Part shown: piece by piece, positions 12,888 through 27,684 of the stretch
How the letters are laid out: the number at the start of each line of letters is the position of its first letter
How positions within the stretch are numbered: position 1 is the stretch's first letter
From: Chiloscyllium plagiosum
Taxonomy: Eukaryota
NCBI RefSeq assembly: GCF_004010195.1
Contig: NC_057711.1
Span: 77,660,925 to 77,724,924, forward strand
Direction of reading: 5' to 3'
Length of the DNA stretch: 64,000 nt
Made by a program: the position numbers and the translations under genes
Notes under the pieces: generated by a model
What the model was told of the DNA's origin: nothing
Seen by the model: only the letters and a program-made list of their open reading frames with translations
Databases searched by the model: none

Positions 12888-13110
12888 TCGAGAGTGTTTT
12901 GCTGGGAAAGCACAGGTCAGGCAGCATCCAAAGAGCAGCAGAATCGACATTTCGGGCATAAGCCCTTCATCAGGAATGAGACTTGTGGGCCAGGGCTGGG
13001 AGATAAATGGTAGGGGAGGTGGGGTTGGGGGCATGATAGCTGAGAGAGCAATAGGTGGATGATGGTGAGGGAGAAGGTGCTAGTTTGCGGGGGGGTTGGG
13101 GGGGGGGCTT
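12888..13110 (-). mobile_element. Penelope-like 3' terminal fragment with an intact hammerhead core
   Basis: Minus strand CTGATGA-A-GGGC-TTAT-GCCC-GAAA-TGTCGA at 12944-12973. Confidence 0.7.
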
Positions 13111-16100
13111 TCGATTGAAGCTGAAATGAAATGAGTTAACTTGCTTCCACTCCTCAGGTTTGCTACTTTTAATAGAAACTTTAGATACTGTTCGGATCTG
13201 ATACTGTTCTTTGTTTATTTTGGTTGGGCCACTTTTCTTGTTCTCTCACCTGAAAGGAATGTATAATGCTTGCAATTTAGGACCCTAATTTTGGATTGGA
13301 CTACTTCATTTTCATAGCCAGTGAAGAATTCTTCTCGTTCCATGGTCACTTTGCTTTAGGGAACTTTGACGATTATTATTTAAATCCTTCCCATTGTACT
13401 AAATCAAATCTAAGATAGCCTGCACTCTAGTTGGTTTCTTGATGTATTACTGTAAAACACCATCTTGTGTACACTCGGGAATTCACTTGCCAAGTATTAT
13501 TAATGTTGTTTGTCCAGTCTTTTTGGATTAAAATCCTTCATGATTACACTAGTACCCTTGTTGCCTACATCACTAATTTTTTTTTTTTTTAGTACTATCT
13601 CCTATCTCTCCAGTAATATGAGAAGCCTATGAACAACTCCCACTAATGTTTTACAATGCTTGTTGCTTCGTAGCTTTACTCCATTTGATTCCTCGTGTAG
13701 ATTCCTCTGCTGATATCCATTTTTCCCTGTTGCATTTATTTCACCGAACAATTTTCCTTTTTTGCCTGTCCTTCCTAAAAATAGAATATTCCTGAATGTT
13801 CAGTTCCCAGCCTTGATTATCCTTAATGTCGTCTTAAGTACAATGACATTCTATCGGTTTATAGCAATTGTGCTGTTAATTCATCGACTTTATTGCAGAT
13901 GCTCTGCATTCGGATACAGTTATAACTTTCACTGTTTGCTTTTAGTCGTTTGGTAGTGCAGAATTTGAGTATTCTTGGGCAAAGGAGGCACCTTTCTTTT
14001 TGCGTCAAACATGTTTGTCTGCACTCATCACAACCAATGTTCCCTCTAATTATTTTTCTTTATGGAAATGCAGACCTCCAAGGTCCACATATGACAGCAA
14101 CTTCCAAAACTGGAGCCCAGTTCTGTGATCGCATGCCGATTGCAGTGTGTGGAACCTTGGAGCTTTAGAGGGATTGTTGATCGGTTTTGCAAGATTACAG
14201 TTTCAAGAGGCAAACCAGTATTTATGCTGCATGAAAGGAGAATGTTAATTGGTATGCAGGTAGGCTCTGGTAGAAGATTGGTGAGGTCCTTGAAGCAACT
14301 ACCAATCACAGTATTCAACTTCCTTATTGCGTACTATGGCTGTATTTACTGTTAGTCCTTTGCCTTCCACTGAATCTTGTACTTTCTAGATTATGTTTTC
14401 CACTTTTTCTCATTATTGTCTCTCTGCCCTCCTCTTGCGCTGCTGCTGTCATTTGGGGCTAGCTAGACCTACAGCTAGGAAGAGAGATGCATGAGTTTTA
14501 TATAGGATCAACTGGGTGAATGGGGGGGGGGGGGAAATGAGTACAGATGGTGTGCGGCTTCAAATAAAATCAAGGGAGGCAGAGCACCATAAATATCTTG
14601 CATTGATGGTGACGGAAACCCCTTGCCTGTCCCCCCTAAATGTGCAATCTCCTACATTTATCCTGTACTGTTCTTTCCTTTATGGTCCTTGCCCATTAAC
14701 TCAACTCTAAGGTGTCCTCACTTGTAGCAGTTCACAACTGAGAGCTGGTTTTGAAGTGACACAGCTCAAGATATCTGCAATTCTATTTTCTTCTATTCAT
14801 CCATCCATCTATTCAGTGTACCTGTGGGATGGCCATCTTCTGGAAAGTACTACTTGGGAAGTTCTCAACTCCTGTCATGTTCCACACAATTTCTAGCTGC
14901 CCCCAAGCTTGGAAACTTGAGCTTGAGCTGAAGCAATTGGAGATCACTCCTTAGTCATGATTACCATCCAAGATAAGATAATGAGTATTGAAGCTCCAAC
15001 ATGATTCAGGAATTTCAAGCAACACTGTTGATCCGTAATCTTATAAACAAAAGTGATGTATCACAAACAAGGCTGGAGTGTTTTCAGTTCTGGTTGAAGG
15101 TGGGTGCAGAGTAGATATGTAAAACTAGCTGGTGAAGCTTTTAAAAAAAAAAATGTAGTGTATCTTTCTGACACCTCTACACCAGAGGTTTGTTAGAGTA
15201 AAGGCTTTTGGATCTCCATATTTTTAGCATATGCTGATATTTATCTGGTTAGGGCAAGATGATTCTGCATCTTCCATTAATTCTGCTCACCAACTGTTCA
15301 GTGGAGCTGTTCTTTGGTAATTTTTTCTGATTGCTAGGCTGTATTGCTTTGGTTAATCTTAACCGTTTGCTATCCACCTCTATAATGCAGGAACTTTAAC
15401 TCAAGTTATTTTTTTTGGACCTGCTTCCTAAATTTTCTGTCTAGTTTGTTTAGCTGCACTCTCCAGATTTGTTATGTTTTAAAATAGGATCTTGCTCATT
15501 TGGTTGATCAATGAATTCCAGTTTTACACTCCTCTTGGTCAGGGGCTGTGGTGGCAGTGTCCGCACCTCTGAGCCAGAGGGCTTGGATTCAAGTCCCACC
15601 TGCTCCAGAGGTGTGTAGTAACATCCCTGAATGGGTTGATTTAGAGAATATCTACCCTCTTTTGGTCTGAGTTTTCTTTTTGTTTTTGTGTGTCTGCGTT
15701 CTTTCCTCTCTCTTTTAGGGAATGTTCCAACAAACTGGGGACAGTGTTCCTCAGTTGACTTTGGCTGGGTGAGGTATCTCCCCAACCAGCTGTTTTGTGT
15801 GAAAGTACTTCTGGTTCTCATTTAATTTTAAGAATGTGTATTCTATTGCATTTTGAGTCATTTTCTCCTCTTTAAAAATGATGGGCCTCCCTGAACCTTT
15901 CTTACCTTCATCAATTTCCCCCATTTGCAAATAGCCATTGCCTCAGAATTGTAATTTCCTTTTCTGGCTCCTCTTTTGTGAACAGTGAATGTAAATTTAC
16001 CCCTTCTAACACAGAATTCATTTATCCCCAACATTGCATTGTAAATAGCAGGCCCACAACTTCAGTGACCTCATACTGGTTTAGCAGAAGGGTTCCTTGA

Positions 16101-17179
16101 GAGTCTCATTCTTTTGCTAGCAATTTCAAAGCTAAAATAAACAGATTAGTACTCAATTAGGGAATCCAGCGTTACAGAGATGAGGCAGGAAAGTGGATTT
16201 GAGGATTATCAGATTAGCCATGACCTCATTGAATGGTAGAGCAGACTAGATGGGCTGAATGGCCTACTTCTCATGGTCTAATTATCTCAACACTCTCTCA
16301 TAACTGGTTTCTATTTTACATGCTTAAATCCAGCAGTTGAACATTGCTGGGCTATCAGTGTACATTTAATCAGGCTATTTCTTGAATGGTTAAAAATTTG
16401 TCTGTAAGTTTCGGGCACTAAATTAAACTGAGGATAGTTTTCTCTTTAATGTCAACTAAGCAGCTGAAGTCTCCTCAGAAAGCATAACTTAATCATCTTA
16501 TGCCTTGATTGTCAACCTGCTTTGCAATAAGAATCTAAGCTTTTGCCAGGCAAACAAAATGGCAAAGCTTTTTATATGAGAAAATGTAAATGCCTCTGTC
16601 CTCTTCCAAGATTGGGATTCTTTTGGACAAATTTTAAATAGGTCTGCACTTTGACTTGAATTGGTTGCAACTCTTTTATCTGTATCTTCACTGGGTTGAG
16701 TCAGGCTATTTTTAAAATTTTATCCTTTTTCTTCTCACCTTTTCTTTTCCTCTTTTGAAATGCTGTTTCTTGATCTCTATCTCCTTTTGTTTTTCACACT
16801 CCTCCGTATCTCTTTCTTCCCCCCCTCTTTCATTGAATACGAGCTCCAGTCTCTTCTGTATCAGCTGAACCTTTGCTAACTTGAGCTTTGTTTGTTTACA
16901 TTGTTGACCGTAGTTCTTTGACTAAATGTCAAGATTGCAAGCCACTAGTCTCTAAATTTCATACTTTTTAGTTTTTGATCCAAGTTCTATTTCCAAATAC
17001 CTAGTCATACCTTTCATTTTATCAATGGACAAAGTCTGTAAGGTATTCCAAGTTCTTTTCCACTCTTAAAAATATACTAACTGGGAAATGATGTTGCTTT
17101 TGGTTACAACCCTCTATGCTATCTCCGCTCATTTAATTCTGGTGTGATTTCTTTAATTTTAATTTATGCACCATTATCT

Positions 17180-18200
17180 TAAGAAACCATTGGAACTAAA
17201 GACTGATGAGCCTGGAGCTGACAGGTTGCATCCAAGGATTTTTAAGAACATAGCTACAGAGCTAGTGGTTGCACAGGTAGAATCTTCCAGGAATCCTTAG
17301 TTTCTGGAAAATTCCTAGAGGATTGGAAAGCTGCCATTATAACTCCCTTCAAAAAGGTGAGAAATGGTCAACTATAGGCCAGTTAGCTTAACATATCATG
17401 GGAATATGTTCGAGTCTATTATAAGGCATGTAAAAACAGAGCAATTGGAGGTATACTATATAATCAAATAGTTAACATGACTTCATGAAGTGAAAATCAT
17501 GCTTGGCTAAATTATTAGAATGAAAACTGAAAATGAGTTGCTGGAAAAGCGCAGCAAGTCAGATAGCATCCAAGGAACAGGCGAATCGACGTTTCGGGCA
17601 TAAGCCCTTCTTTAGGAATGAGGAAAGTGTGTCCAGCAGGTTAAGATAAAAGGTAGGGAGGAGGGACTTGGGGGAGGGGCGTTGGAAATGCGATAGGTGG
17701 AAGGAGGTCAAGGTGAGGGTGATAGGCCGGAGTGGGGTGGGGGCGGAGAGGTCAGGAAGAAGATTGCAGGTTAGGAAGGCGGTGCTGAGTTCGAGGGATT
17801 TGACTGAGACAAGGTGGGGGGAGGGGAAATGAGGAAACTGGAGAAATCTGAATTCATCCCTTGTGGTTGGAGGGTTCCTAGGCGGAAGATGAGGCGCTCT
17901 TCCTCCAACCGTCGTGTGGCTATGGTCTGGCGATGGACAAAGGGGCATTTTCAGGATTGCAACTATAACTAGTGTTGGGCCACTTTTAATGACTTGAATG
18001 AAGAAAGTATTGTCAAATTTGCAGATGACACAAAACTTAGGGGGATGGCAAGTAGCAAGGTTGATGGATTTCACAGAAATAGTCAAAATTATAGACACAA
18101 TAACAAAATTCTTTGTCAGTGAAATATAGTATGGGAAAATGTGAGATCATGCATTTTGGCAAGAAGAATAGAAGAGCTGCCTGTTTCTTACTAGAGGCTG
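17180..18200 (+). mobile_element. Decayed CR1 ORF2 fragment split by a Penelope-like insertion
   Basis: LHPRI.K, IP.DWK.A, NYRPVSLT before 17520; KFADDTKLGG and KCEIMHFG after 17940. Confidence 0.7.
17525..17938 (-). mobile_element. Penelope-like element 3' end (GIY-YIG C-terminus plus terminal repeat)
   Basis: Minus strand translates TRRLEEERLIFRLGTLQPQGMNSDF, typical of PLE GIY-YIG ends; decayed hammerhead-like motif at about 17586-17615. Confidence 0.75.
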
Positions 18201-19389
18201 AAAAAAGCTGTAACACAAAGAAATCCCATTCTTCTATAATCTGGATTCCAGAATTACGCTATTTCTTTTTTTTTTGGGGTGTAATCAACTTTTTATACAG
18301 CTCCAGCAAAACCTCCTTGCTCTAAACTCTTTGCCTCTGTTAATAAGGGCTTGTATACTGTCTTAACCACTTGTCTAGCTATCTTAAGGGGTTGACGGAC
18401 CTGCACACCAAAGTTTCCTGATCCTTGGTGTTTCTCTGGATTCTACCATTCATCTTGTAATTACTTGCCTTAGTTGACCTGCCTAAGTGCATCACATCAG
18501 TTTCTTACATGTTTGAATTTCATATACCATTGATCAACCTAACCAGACCTATATCCTCCTGTGGGCACTGAGAGGCAGAAGTACTAACCACTGATCACTG
18601 TGCTGCCCACTGTATTGATCTTTTGGAAGTTTGGCTGTTCATCTCCCCTGTTAAACATTCCTTCTGGATCCCACCCCTCTGCCACGTTAGTTTAAACTTT
18701 CCCAAAAAGCACTAGCAAGCTTTCCAGTATAGATATTGGTTTCGTTCCTGTTTAGATGCAACCCATCCATTTTGTACAGTCCTACTGCCCCAAAAAGTGG
18801 TCCCAGTGTCCCAGAATTCTAAAGCCCTCCCGTTTGTACCATCTTTCCTATTTCTATATTCTGAGCACATGGCACTAGTGGTAATTCAGTGATTTTTGTT
18901 TGGGTCCTGTTTTTCAATCTGTTTTTCTAGCTCCCTAAATTCAGCTTGCAGGACCTTAACCACTTCCGTTTTCTACCTCTGTTGGTACCAATCTTTTTTT
19001 TTAAAAACGACTTCACAGGATGCGGGTGTCATCGTCCAGGCCGGCATTTGATATCCATGCAAATTTGCCCAGCGGGTAGTTAAGTACCACCCATATTGTG
19101 GGTCTGGAATCATGTGTAACCCAGGCTAAGAAGTTTACTTCCTTTTAAAGGGCATTAGTGAAAACCGACACTTGTTTCATGTACTACATTAGACTTCTAA
19201 TTCCACGAACTGTCATGATAGTTTGAAGTCGGGTCCCCAGACATTACCTTCATTAATAGGCTAGTGTTAATGCTACTAAGTCATCAGCTCTCTTTTACAT
19301 ACCACAATCTGTTTGTTTGCCCTGTGGTTGTTCAGTGGACCTGTAGTCTTTGGTGGTCACAGAAACACCTGTCAGTACCCCTTGCCTTT

Positions 19390-19870
19390 TAGGTCTCCTT
19401 GTCTAAGGAAAGATGTTTGGCATTTTAAACACTCCAGTGAAGATTCATTAGGTTGATCGTGGAAATGGAAGTTTTTGCTTCTGAAGAGATGTTGAGCAGG
19501 TTGGGTTTGTACTCCATTAGAGTTAAGAATGAGAGGAATCTTTTGAAGCATAGATTATTTGGGGCCTTGACAAGGTAAATACTGAGAGGTTATTTCCCCT
19601 TGTGGGTTAGTTTAGGAACAGAGGGCATAAATTTGAAGTAAGACGTTGGTCAATTATGACAGAGGTGGAGGAATGTCTTTTGGAGGTCTGTGGAATTCTT
19701 TACCACAGTGGATTGCAGAACCCGAGAGAGTTTTAATCAATAAGGGATTTGAGGGTTGTGGTGATGAGGCACGAAAATGGAGTTGAGAAATATCAGAAAA
19801 TCTGTGATCTCATTGAAGAGCAGAGCGGGTTTAGTGAGCAGAATGGTCTACTGTGCTCCCTGATTGTTAA
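19390..19870 (+). mobile_element. Degenerate CR1 3' fragment
   Basis: Similar to the 3' ends at 9.0-9.8 kb and 58.7-59.2 kb. Confidence 0.6.
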
Positions 19871-21503
19871 GGTTGTCATATTTTCTGCTGAGGCATGAAG
19901 CTCTGGAAGACTCTACCAATGCTTCACCGCTTTTAAGAAGCACTTTTTTAAAGCTTACCCCTTTGGCCAATCTTTTGATCAGTTGACCTAGTATTCTCAT
20001 TGTGTGAATTGGTGTTGTTGAAAGGAGATATCAAAGAAGTCTTGAGTCCTGTGATTTGCAGCACGATCAACCTTTTATTTGGAGTTCCTAACCAATGCAT
20101 TGAGAGGTTCCTTTCCAGGTCACTGACTTCCCCAGCCAAATACAGCATTTTTATACATTTTGTTATAATAATTGCATGCAACATGAATATCATTGTGAGC
20201 CACATTGCCCCAATCTGCATATCCAATTCTGTACACATTATCAATGATGGGCAACTCTATGGACTGCCCTAGGTCCTCTCATGATGTTTACACTTTATCA
20301 TCTTTCTTTGAGATGTATTGTAAGAGCCTAATCACATTCCAATACTGACAATTATATTCCTTCTCAGACATTTGCAAGCTGCATCTCATTGATTGCCAAT
20401 AACCTGTATACTTACCACCAAGAAGTCTTGAAATACTGTATTGCAGTTTATATTCCCTACTGATCTTAGTACAGAAGATTAGAAAAGATGTTAATTTCTA
20501 CCAATTGTTATGAAGTCTTTAAGATCAATTCTAATATAAAGATATTACAGTTCTGTAACAAGGCTGGCAAATTGGGGCAGCCTCTCTCTCTCTGTCTCTC
20601 TCTCACCTGATCTTCTGAGATCAAACAAACAATTTCTTGCAGCTGCAGTTTATAACCTCTGCTATTTGCATGCTCTAAGTTGGGTTTAAACCAGGTGGTT
20701 AATTCGTGGATAAAATTTACTGTCTCTATGCTAAATGTTTTTCATACTTATTTTCTTTAATTAATAAGACTGTGTGTTTATTTGAATTCAATCATTTTAC
20801 AGCTTAACCAAGTCATTCAAAGGAGCTTGTTTTAGATCCTTAAAATTCAATAGGATATTACTTCTGTCCTTTGGAAGTAAGGATCTGAACTTCAGATACA
20901 ATTGCTTATTTCTTCACAGTTGCAATGACTGTTCTTTACAACTTTTCTGTAATTCCTGCCATGCATTGGTGCTCTTTTAGAGGTTATCTGTTTACACAAT
21001 TTGCTTTTTCTGTCCTGGTTGACTGAGTAGGAATTTTCTTTATTGCCTACAGCTATCTGCTTAAAGGAATTCAGTTACACCCCTTAATGTTGGTTTGTAG
21101 GTTTGCATTTCTAATTTGCAATTACCTTAAATACAAAATACTGTGGGATTAGACTTTTTTCTTCTACATTTTTACTAAATAACAAACTTGGGAGGCTGGT
21201 TAGTGTATATGTATCCCTCATCCTTTCAAGGGTATTCTTTATCAAAATGTTTTAGTATTTAGAACTGCTTGTATACCGAAAATCTGATTAAATTGCCCTG
21301 TCTTTTCTCACTGGGATCCTATTTTGATTCCCATGGGATCTTGCATTACCTTATCCTGCAACTTTGTACGAAGACCACAAGTCTGGCTGTGAATGTCTGT
21401 TATATGTAACTGCTGATCCCCTATTAGGCCATTTTATGTAAACATTGGTCACCAGCAGCTGCAATAGGTATCATGGTTTATAATGTTTTGTTTTGTCATG
21501 GTT

Positions 21504-24098
21504 GAGGGTATGTTTGTCGAACTGGGAAGTTGTTTTTAAAGATGTTTTGTCCCCTCTCTAGGTGACATCTCTGCTTTGGTGCCTCCTTTGGAGCGCTGCT
21601 GTACTGTCTCTTGAATATTTTTCTTTGGCTCTATTTCTGCTTCCGGTTGTCGGTTCCAGTTATTTGTTGTAGTGGCTGGTACACTGGGTCCTGGTTAATG
21701 TACTTGTCCATGGATGAGTGCCATGCTTCTAGGAATTCTCTGGCTGTCCACTGTATGGCTTGTCCTATGATCGTGTGTTGTCCCAGTTGAATTTGTGGTC
21801 CTTGCCATCTGTGTGTATGGCTCCTAGGGGTTGTGTTCGTGTATGTGGATTGTTGTTGTCTGCCTGTTTGTCCTATATAGTGTTTTGTGCAGTCTTTGCA
21901 TGGAAGTTTGCAAATTACATTAGTCGTGCACATGATGAGTAATGGGTCTTTTTGTCCTGGTGAGTTGTTCTCTGTGTGGCTGTTGGTTTATGGGTTATCC
22001 TGAATCCCAGTGGTCGGAGATGTCTCGCTGTCAGTTCCGTGATGTTACTACCACAGGGACGCAAAACCAGCAGACTTCCTAGCTGCACTAGAATGTACAC
22101 TCAGAACTAACTGACTAAACAAAGCGACACCGCAAACGGTCAGACCAATGTACCCTCGCTATCAAAGAAAAGACAATTGAACAACCTCAACACCAAAGAG
22201 ACAAGCCCTAAAAAATTCAAAAATGACAGGAACATAATTATAGTATCAGTAGACAAGTGCAGAATGATGGTTATCATGGGCAAGACCCCATGTACAGTAT
22301 TCAGAAAGTGGAGAAACCACTTGCAGATCCTGTCACCTACCTGCAGAGAGAGTTTGACCCCACACTACAGCTAACCAACACAATAAACAACACAATGGAA
22401 CTTGCAAAAAAAAAGGACTAATAACCAGAATCGACCTACAAAGGATGAAACCAGAAAGCAACAACACCCCAAGATTTTAGGGATTACCCAAAGTACACAA
22501 ACCAGATATTCCATTCACCCATTGTGGCACTCCTGGGAAAGCCATCACTTAAAGTGGCAAAAATGAAATCTAAAACTTCTTATCAGCGGATCCAAACACT
22601 CCACAATAGTCACAGGAATTCCTAGACAACATCAAGAACATAAACATAGATGAGGATGAAGAAATGGTCGCATTTGATGTAATGGCACTGTTTACTTCAA
22701 TTGACAAAACTCTAGCCAGAGAGACAATAGCCAACCTCCTGGACAAGCAGAACAGAGAACACGATGGGAAAACCAATCAATAAGGACTGCATACGCAAAC
22801 TACTAGACCCGTGCTTGATGGCGCACTTTATAGTCAATAACCAAATGTATGAACAGATCAATTGGATACCTCACGGACTCTTCCATCTCTGGGCTCATAG
22901 CAGAAGCAGTGATGCAGAGATTGGAACAAACAGCCCTATCACAAAATCCAACTCAAAATCTGGATCAGATATGTAGATGACACCTGTAGATATCATTAAG
23001 ACAAATGGAGAACACACCGGATCATCAATACCATACTCACAGGGACCAGATTTATGAGAAAGGAGGAAATCAACAATCCAACTCCCATTCCTGGATGTGA
23101 TGGTACAAAGAACACAGAATAGTGAATGCACTACAAGTGTACAGGAAAGCCACACATTGACCAGGTCCTGAATTACAACAACAACCACCACCCAAACATA
23201 CACGAAAATCTGCATTAGGACTCTGTTCAAAAGGGTTACAACACTGTAGCAACCCCCCGACCTGCAAAGAAGAAGAAGACCTCTACAGAGTCTTCTCCAA
23301 GAACAGATATCCCCACAACTTCATCTACAGATGCCTAACAGACAAAAAACAAGATGAGGACATAGAGTCGTAGAGATGTACAGCATGGAAACAGACCCTT
23401 CGATCCAACCTGTCCATGCCGACCAGATATCCCAACTCAATCTAGTCTCACCTGCCAGCACCTGAGCCATGTTACCTTACAGAAACATCTTGGAACTGAC
23501 AGCCAGCCTTCTCTGACCACTGGGATTCATGACAGCCCATAAACCGACAGCCACACTCAGACAACAACTCACCGGGCCAAAAGACCCTATACCCATTTCA
23601 AGACCATTGTAATTTACAAGATTCCATGCAAAGACTGCATGAAACGCTATATAAGGCAAACAGGTAGACAACTAACAATCCGCATCCACGGACACCAACT
23701 AGCCACTAAATTCCATGACCAGCTGTCCTGAGTAGCCATTCATATAGATGTCAATGATCACAAATTCAACTGGGACAACACCACAATCATAAGACAAACT
23801 AACCAGAGGATAGCCACACAATTCCTAGAAGCATGGCACTCATCTACAGGCAAGCACATTGACGTGGGCCCAACATACTGGCCACTGCAATGAACAGCTG
23901 GAACTGGCAGAAATGCAACCAAATAAGTTCCAAGAGTGTGTGTGTGTGTGTGTGTAGCAGTGCTTCACAGGAGGCTCCAAAGCACAGAAGATCTTACCTA
24001 GATAGGGGAGGAAACGTCTGGTGAACTTCCCAGCTCAGCGAACATACCCACAACCATGACAACCAACACCCGAGCTACCAATCTTTATACAAACCTTG
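21504..24098 (+). mobile_element. Penelope-like retroelement (RT + GIY-YIG) with an inverted copy of its 3' end at the 5' side
   Basis: Plus strand 22.2-23.9 kb: YGLPKVHK-like, MVAFDVMALFTSI, RYVDDT, LPFLDVMV, VYRK, then VIYKIPCKDC.KRYI.QTGRQL; 21504-22050 is an inverted copy of the endonuclease and terminal repeat; a short CR1-tail insert sits at about 23363-23475. Confidence 0.85.
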
Positions 24099-26094
24099 AT
24101 TTTTTTTTTTATTTTAAGGTACTTGAGTAAATATGACATTTCACTTCAGCTATTTTTTTGTTCATCCAGATTATCTTCCTCAAGTTTTTTGGCTCAGTAT
24201 AGTTTGTACAAGGTCTTGATTTAGGTATTAATTACCAAAATCATTTCCTTGACCATTTAGTGGTCAGTAAATGACCAAAAGACTGCAACAGAATTTACTC
24301 CCTTTACGCTTATTTTAAAAAAAAATGCTAATCCACAAAGTGTTCTTTGGCTTTTGCTCTTATCCAGCCTGTGGTATTTTATAGGGCATCTGTTGTCTGT
24401 GAACAGGGAAAGAAACAGCAAAAATCCTCAACACAATCAAAACCAATTTGAAATGATTTACAACAAAATAGTCTTCTGAAGGCAAATGATCTCAACTTGG
24501 TAAGGTGAAAGATCCTTAATTTTTTTCCCTATGGGCTATAGGTCTCACTGGTAAGGTCAGCATGTAAAATTCCCTCATAGGCAGGACAAATTCCATCTCG
24601 ATAATTGTCTTGCTATCTGTCCATTCTTTATTTAAGAATCAGTAAACTGATGAAAGGCATCATTATCTGTGCCTGCAAACAACATTTGCTCCTCAACAGC
24701 CTGTTCACTAATGCTCAGTAGGGTTCTGTCAGGATCAGAAAATCACCCCACGCCTAAGAGTCCTCATCCCTCTATTTTGTTGCTCTTGTACCCTTCTGCA
24801 AACATCACCCACTTATCTTTTTTTTAAATTGTCATATGATGTTTGGCAATTGCATTTGTATAGTTAGGCTTGTGGATTTATCAAGTATAAAATCAAAATG
24901 GAAACTCTCTGCTTTTCAAATGTTAAGGAGGCGAATAGGCACTCTGCTTCTGAAACAAAATTGAATTGAGCAGTCAGGTGATTTCTTCCTGCTAATATAC
25001 ATGGATCAGCACCATGTCTTGGAAACTAACCGGCATGTTCAAGCTTGCATGCAAGCCATGACATTAAAATGCAAATTTCATTTTCAGACATTTAACTGAG
25101 AATCCATTAAAATCAAACTGATCTCTGCTGTTGGGTTAATGATTCCACTGTAAATACTGTAGAAATTTGATCGCAATTGATTTGAGACTTGCTGGCTTCT
25201 GAATGGCTGTGACAAAACACTCTTATTGTTAAATATGAAAATAAATCGAACTAAAAATTGAACTATCAACATTGTTTCAATGGGCAGATATAAAATGTGA
25301 TTTATCACTTTTATTTTTAACAAGATATTTTTAGTAGCAGCATTCCAGAACAGTGAAGGAATAGAATCTTACCTAAACTCCTATCAGGTGCTCCATTAAC
25401 CATAGAGACTCGCCATTGCTGACTGAGTAACCTAGCTGCTTTTTCTTTTGCTAGAGGGCTTTGACTGCATCCTGACTGGAGTGAAGCAGCAAGCCACTTC
25501 AAATTGATCTTCCTTAACCTCTCTCTCTCTCTCTCTCTCCCTTTTTTTTTAAAGTGGACAGGAAAGGGAACCATTGGCCTACACCTTTGTAGGGAGCAAC
25601 TGACAGTGAAATTTTGCATTTAAGACCCAAGCATATAGTATCTTCAGAACTACCACCATTTTTGCTTTGATGCCAGAATACACTTAGTGTTTAGTGATAA
25701 GCTTTTAGCTGCCTTTTTCAAAACTCAAGAGAAAACATGCCATTTACCCATCAGAGTCATAGAGTTATAAAACACTAAAACAGAGACTTCAGTCCAACCT
25801 GTCTGCATGATCAGACATCCCAATCTGACCTAGCCCCACTTGCCAGTATTTGATCCACTTCTCTCTAAATCTTTCCCATTCATATACCCATCTAAATGTC
25901 ATAATTGTACTTGCCTCCACAACTTCCTCTGGTAGCTCTTTCAATACATGTAGCACCCACTGCTTAATAAAGTTACCCCCTCAGATTCTTTTTGAAATCT
26001 TTCCCTTCTCACCTTAAGTCTATGCCCTTTAGTTTTGGATCCTGCTGACCCTCACATCCCCAACATTAGGAAAATGAAGTTTGGCCATTCACCC

Positions 26095-27093
26095 TGTTGC
26101 GTCTGCCCTTATATTCAGCTAAGTACTGTGAATCGATTCTTAATAGTGATAAATATACTTTTATCTATTTCAATGCGACAATAACAAATACACTATAGAC
26201 TAACAATTAACATTATAAATCTAAGACTTTGATTAAATGCCACCACACTAGATCTTGGCCTTGATCCACGTGGTGATGATCTTCTGGTGGTCCCAGGGTC
26301 ATCTCCTCTTCACACTAGTTGGTCTTTTGTAAGTGTTCCTGTTCCCAAGGGTGGTGTTACGGTGATTCTTAAACCTGGCTGCTTTTGTGCTCCTTTTCTG
26401 AGGGTCATTGGTAGGAATCAAGGCTTGATCACTCTGAATGATTGGGTCCAATCAGGTATGGATGTGTTGATGAGATGATCCTTCAGCCTCCATTTCTGAA
26501 GGTGTGAGGGGTACCTAGGTTTCTAGCCTTTCACAAATAAGGGTAGTCCTTTTGTTGTGGAAAACAACTCAATGTTTTCTATTGTCCTGGGAATAGCCTG
26601 GTTCAATTGTACATTGTGTTGTCTGTAGCTGCAGTCTGTCTGGGTCTGTAGTTGGTTAATTTCAGTGGTTTTAGCACAGATACCCATAGGGTGGACAGTG
26701 AGAGCCTTTTTCCTCTAGTGATGGTGAGCACGAGGGGACATAGATTTAATTTGAGGGTGTGATACATAAAGGACAGGTGTCAGAGGTAGGTTCTTTACTC
26801 AGAGTAGTAAGGGCATGGAATGCCCTGCCTGCAACAGCAGTAGACTCACCAACTTTAAGGGCGTTTAAATGGTCATTGGATAAATATATGGGTAATAATG
26901 GAATGGAATAGGTTAGATGGGCTTCAGATTGGTTTCACAGATTGGCGCAACAGAGGGATGAAGGGCCTGTACTGTGCTGTAATGTTCTATGATACTTTTG
27001 GCCAGTGTTTGACTTGATTTGATTTCCCAGCATGCATTTTTAAAATCCGGTTTCTTCTAAGTCCATCATTTTTGAGCAGCCTGTCCGGCCACA
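26095..27093 (-). mobile_element. Probable solo LTR inserted in CR1, itself containing a CR1 3' fragment (about 26678-26992, +)
   Basis: TGT...ACA ends interrupt the CR1 sequence attcaccc|..|ccatgcccctc; flanks accc/acca (3 of 4 match). Confidence 0.45.
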
Positions 27094-27684
27094 ACCATGC
27101 CCCTCGTGATTTTATAAACCTCCCTATAAGGTCGCCCCTCAGCCTCTAATGTTCTAATGAAAAAGGCCCAGCCTATTCAACCTCTAACTCAAAAACCCTC
27201 TGGTCCTGGCAACATCCTGTAAATTTTTTCTGCGCTCTCTCAAGTTTAACAACATTCTTCCTAGAGAAGAGTAATGAGAATCCTGAGGTATTCTAAAAGT
27301 GGCTTTAGCAATGACCTGCACAGCCAATTCATGTGCTCCATGCACTGACCAATGAAATCCAGTATGCTAAATGCATTTCTTCACCACCTGGTTTACCTGC
27401 AACTCCACTTTCAAGCAACTATGAACCTATGCACCTAGGTCTGTTTGTTCGGCAGCAGTCCCCAGGGTTGTACCATTAATGGTGTGAGTCCTGCCCTGGA
27501 TTGCCTTGCCAAAATGCAACACCACGCATTTATCTGAATTAAACCTCATCGGCCAATCCTCAGCTCATTAGCCCATCTGATCAATATCCTGTTGTACTCC
27601 TCCTTGCTATCCACTACATCACCTATTTCAGTGTCATCTGCAAACTTTCTAATTGTACCTCCTGTATTCCAATCCAAATCATTT

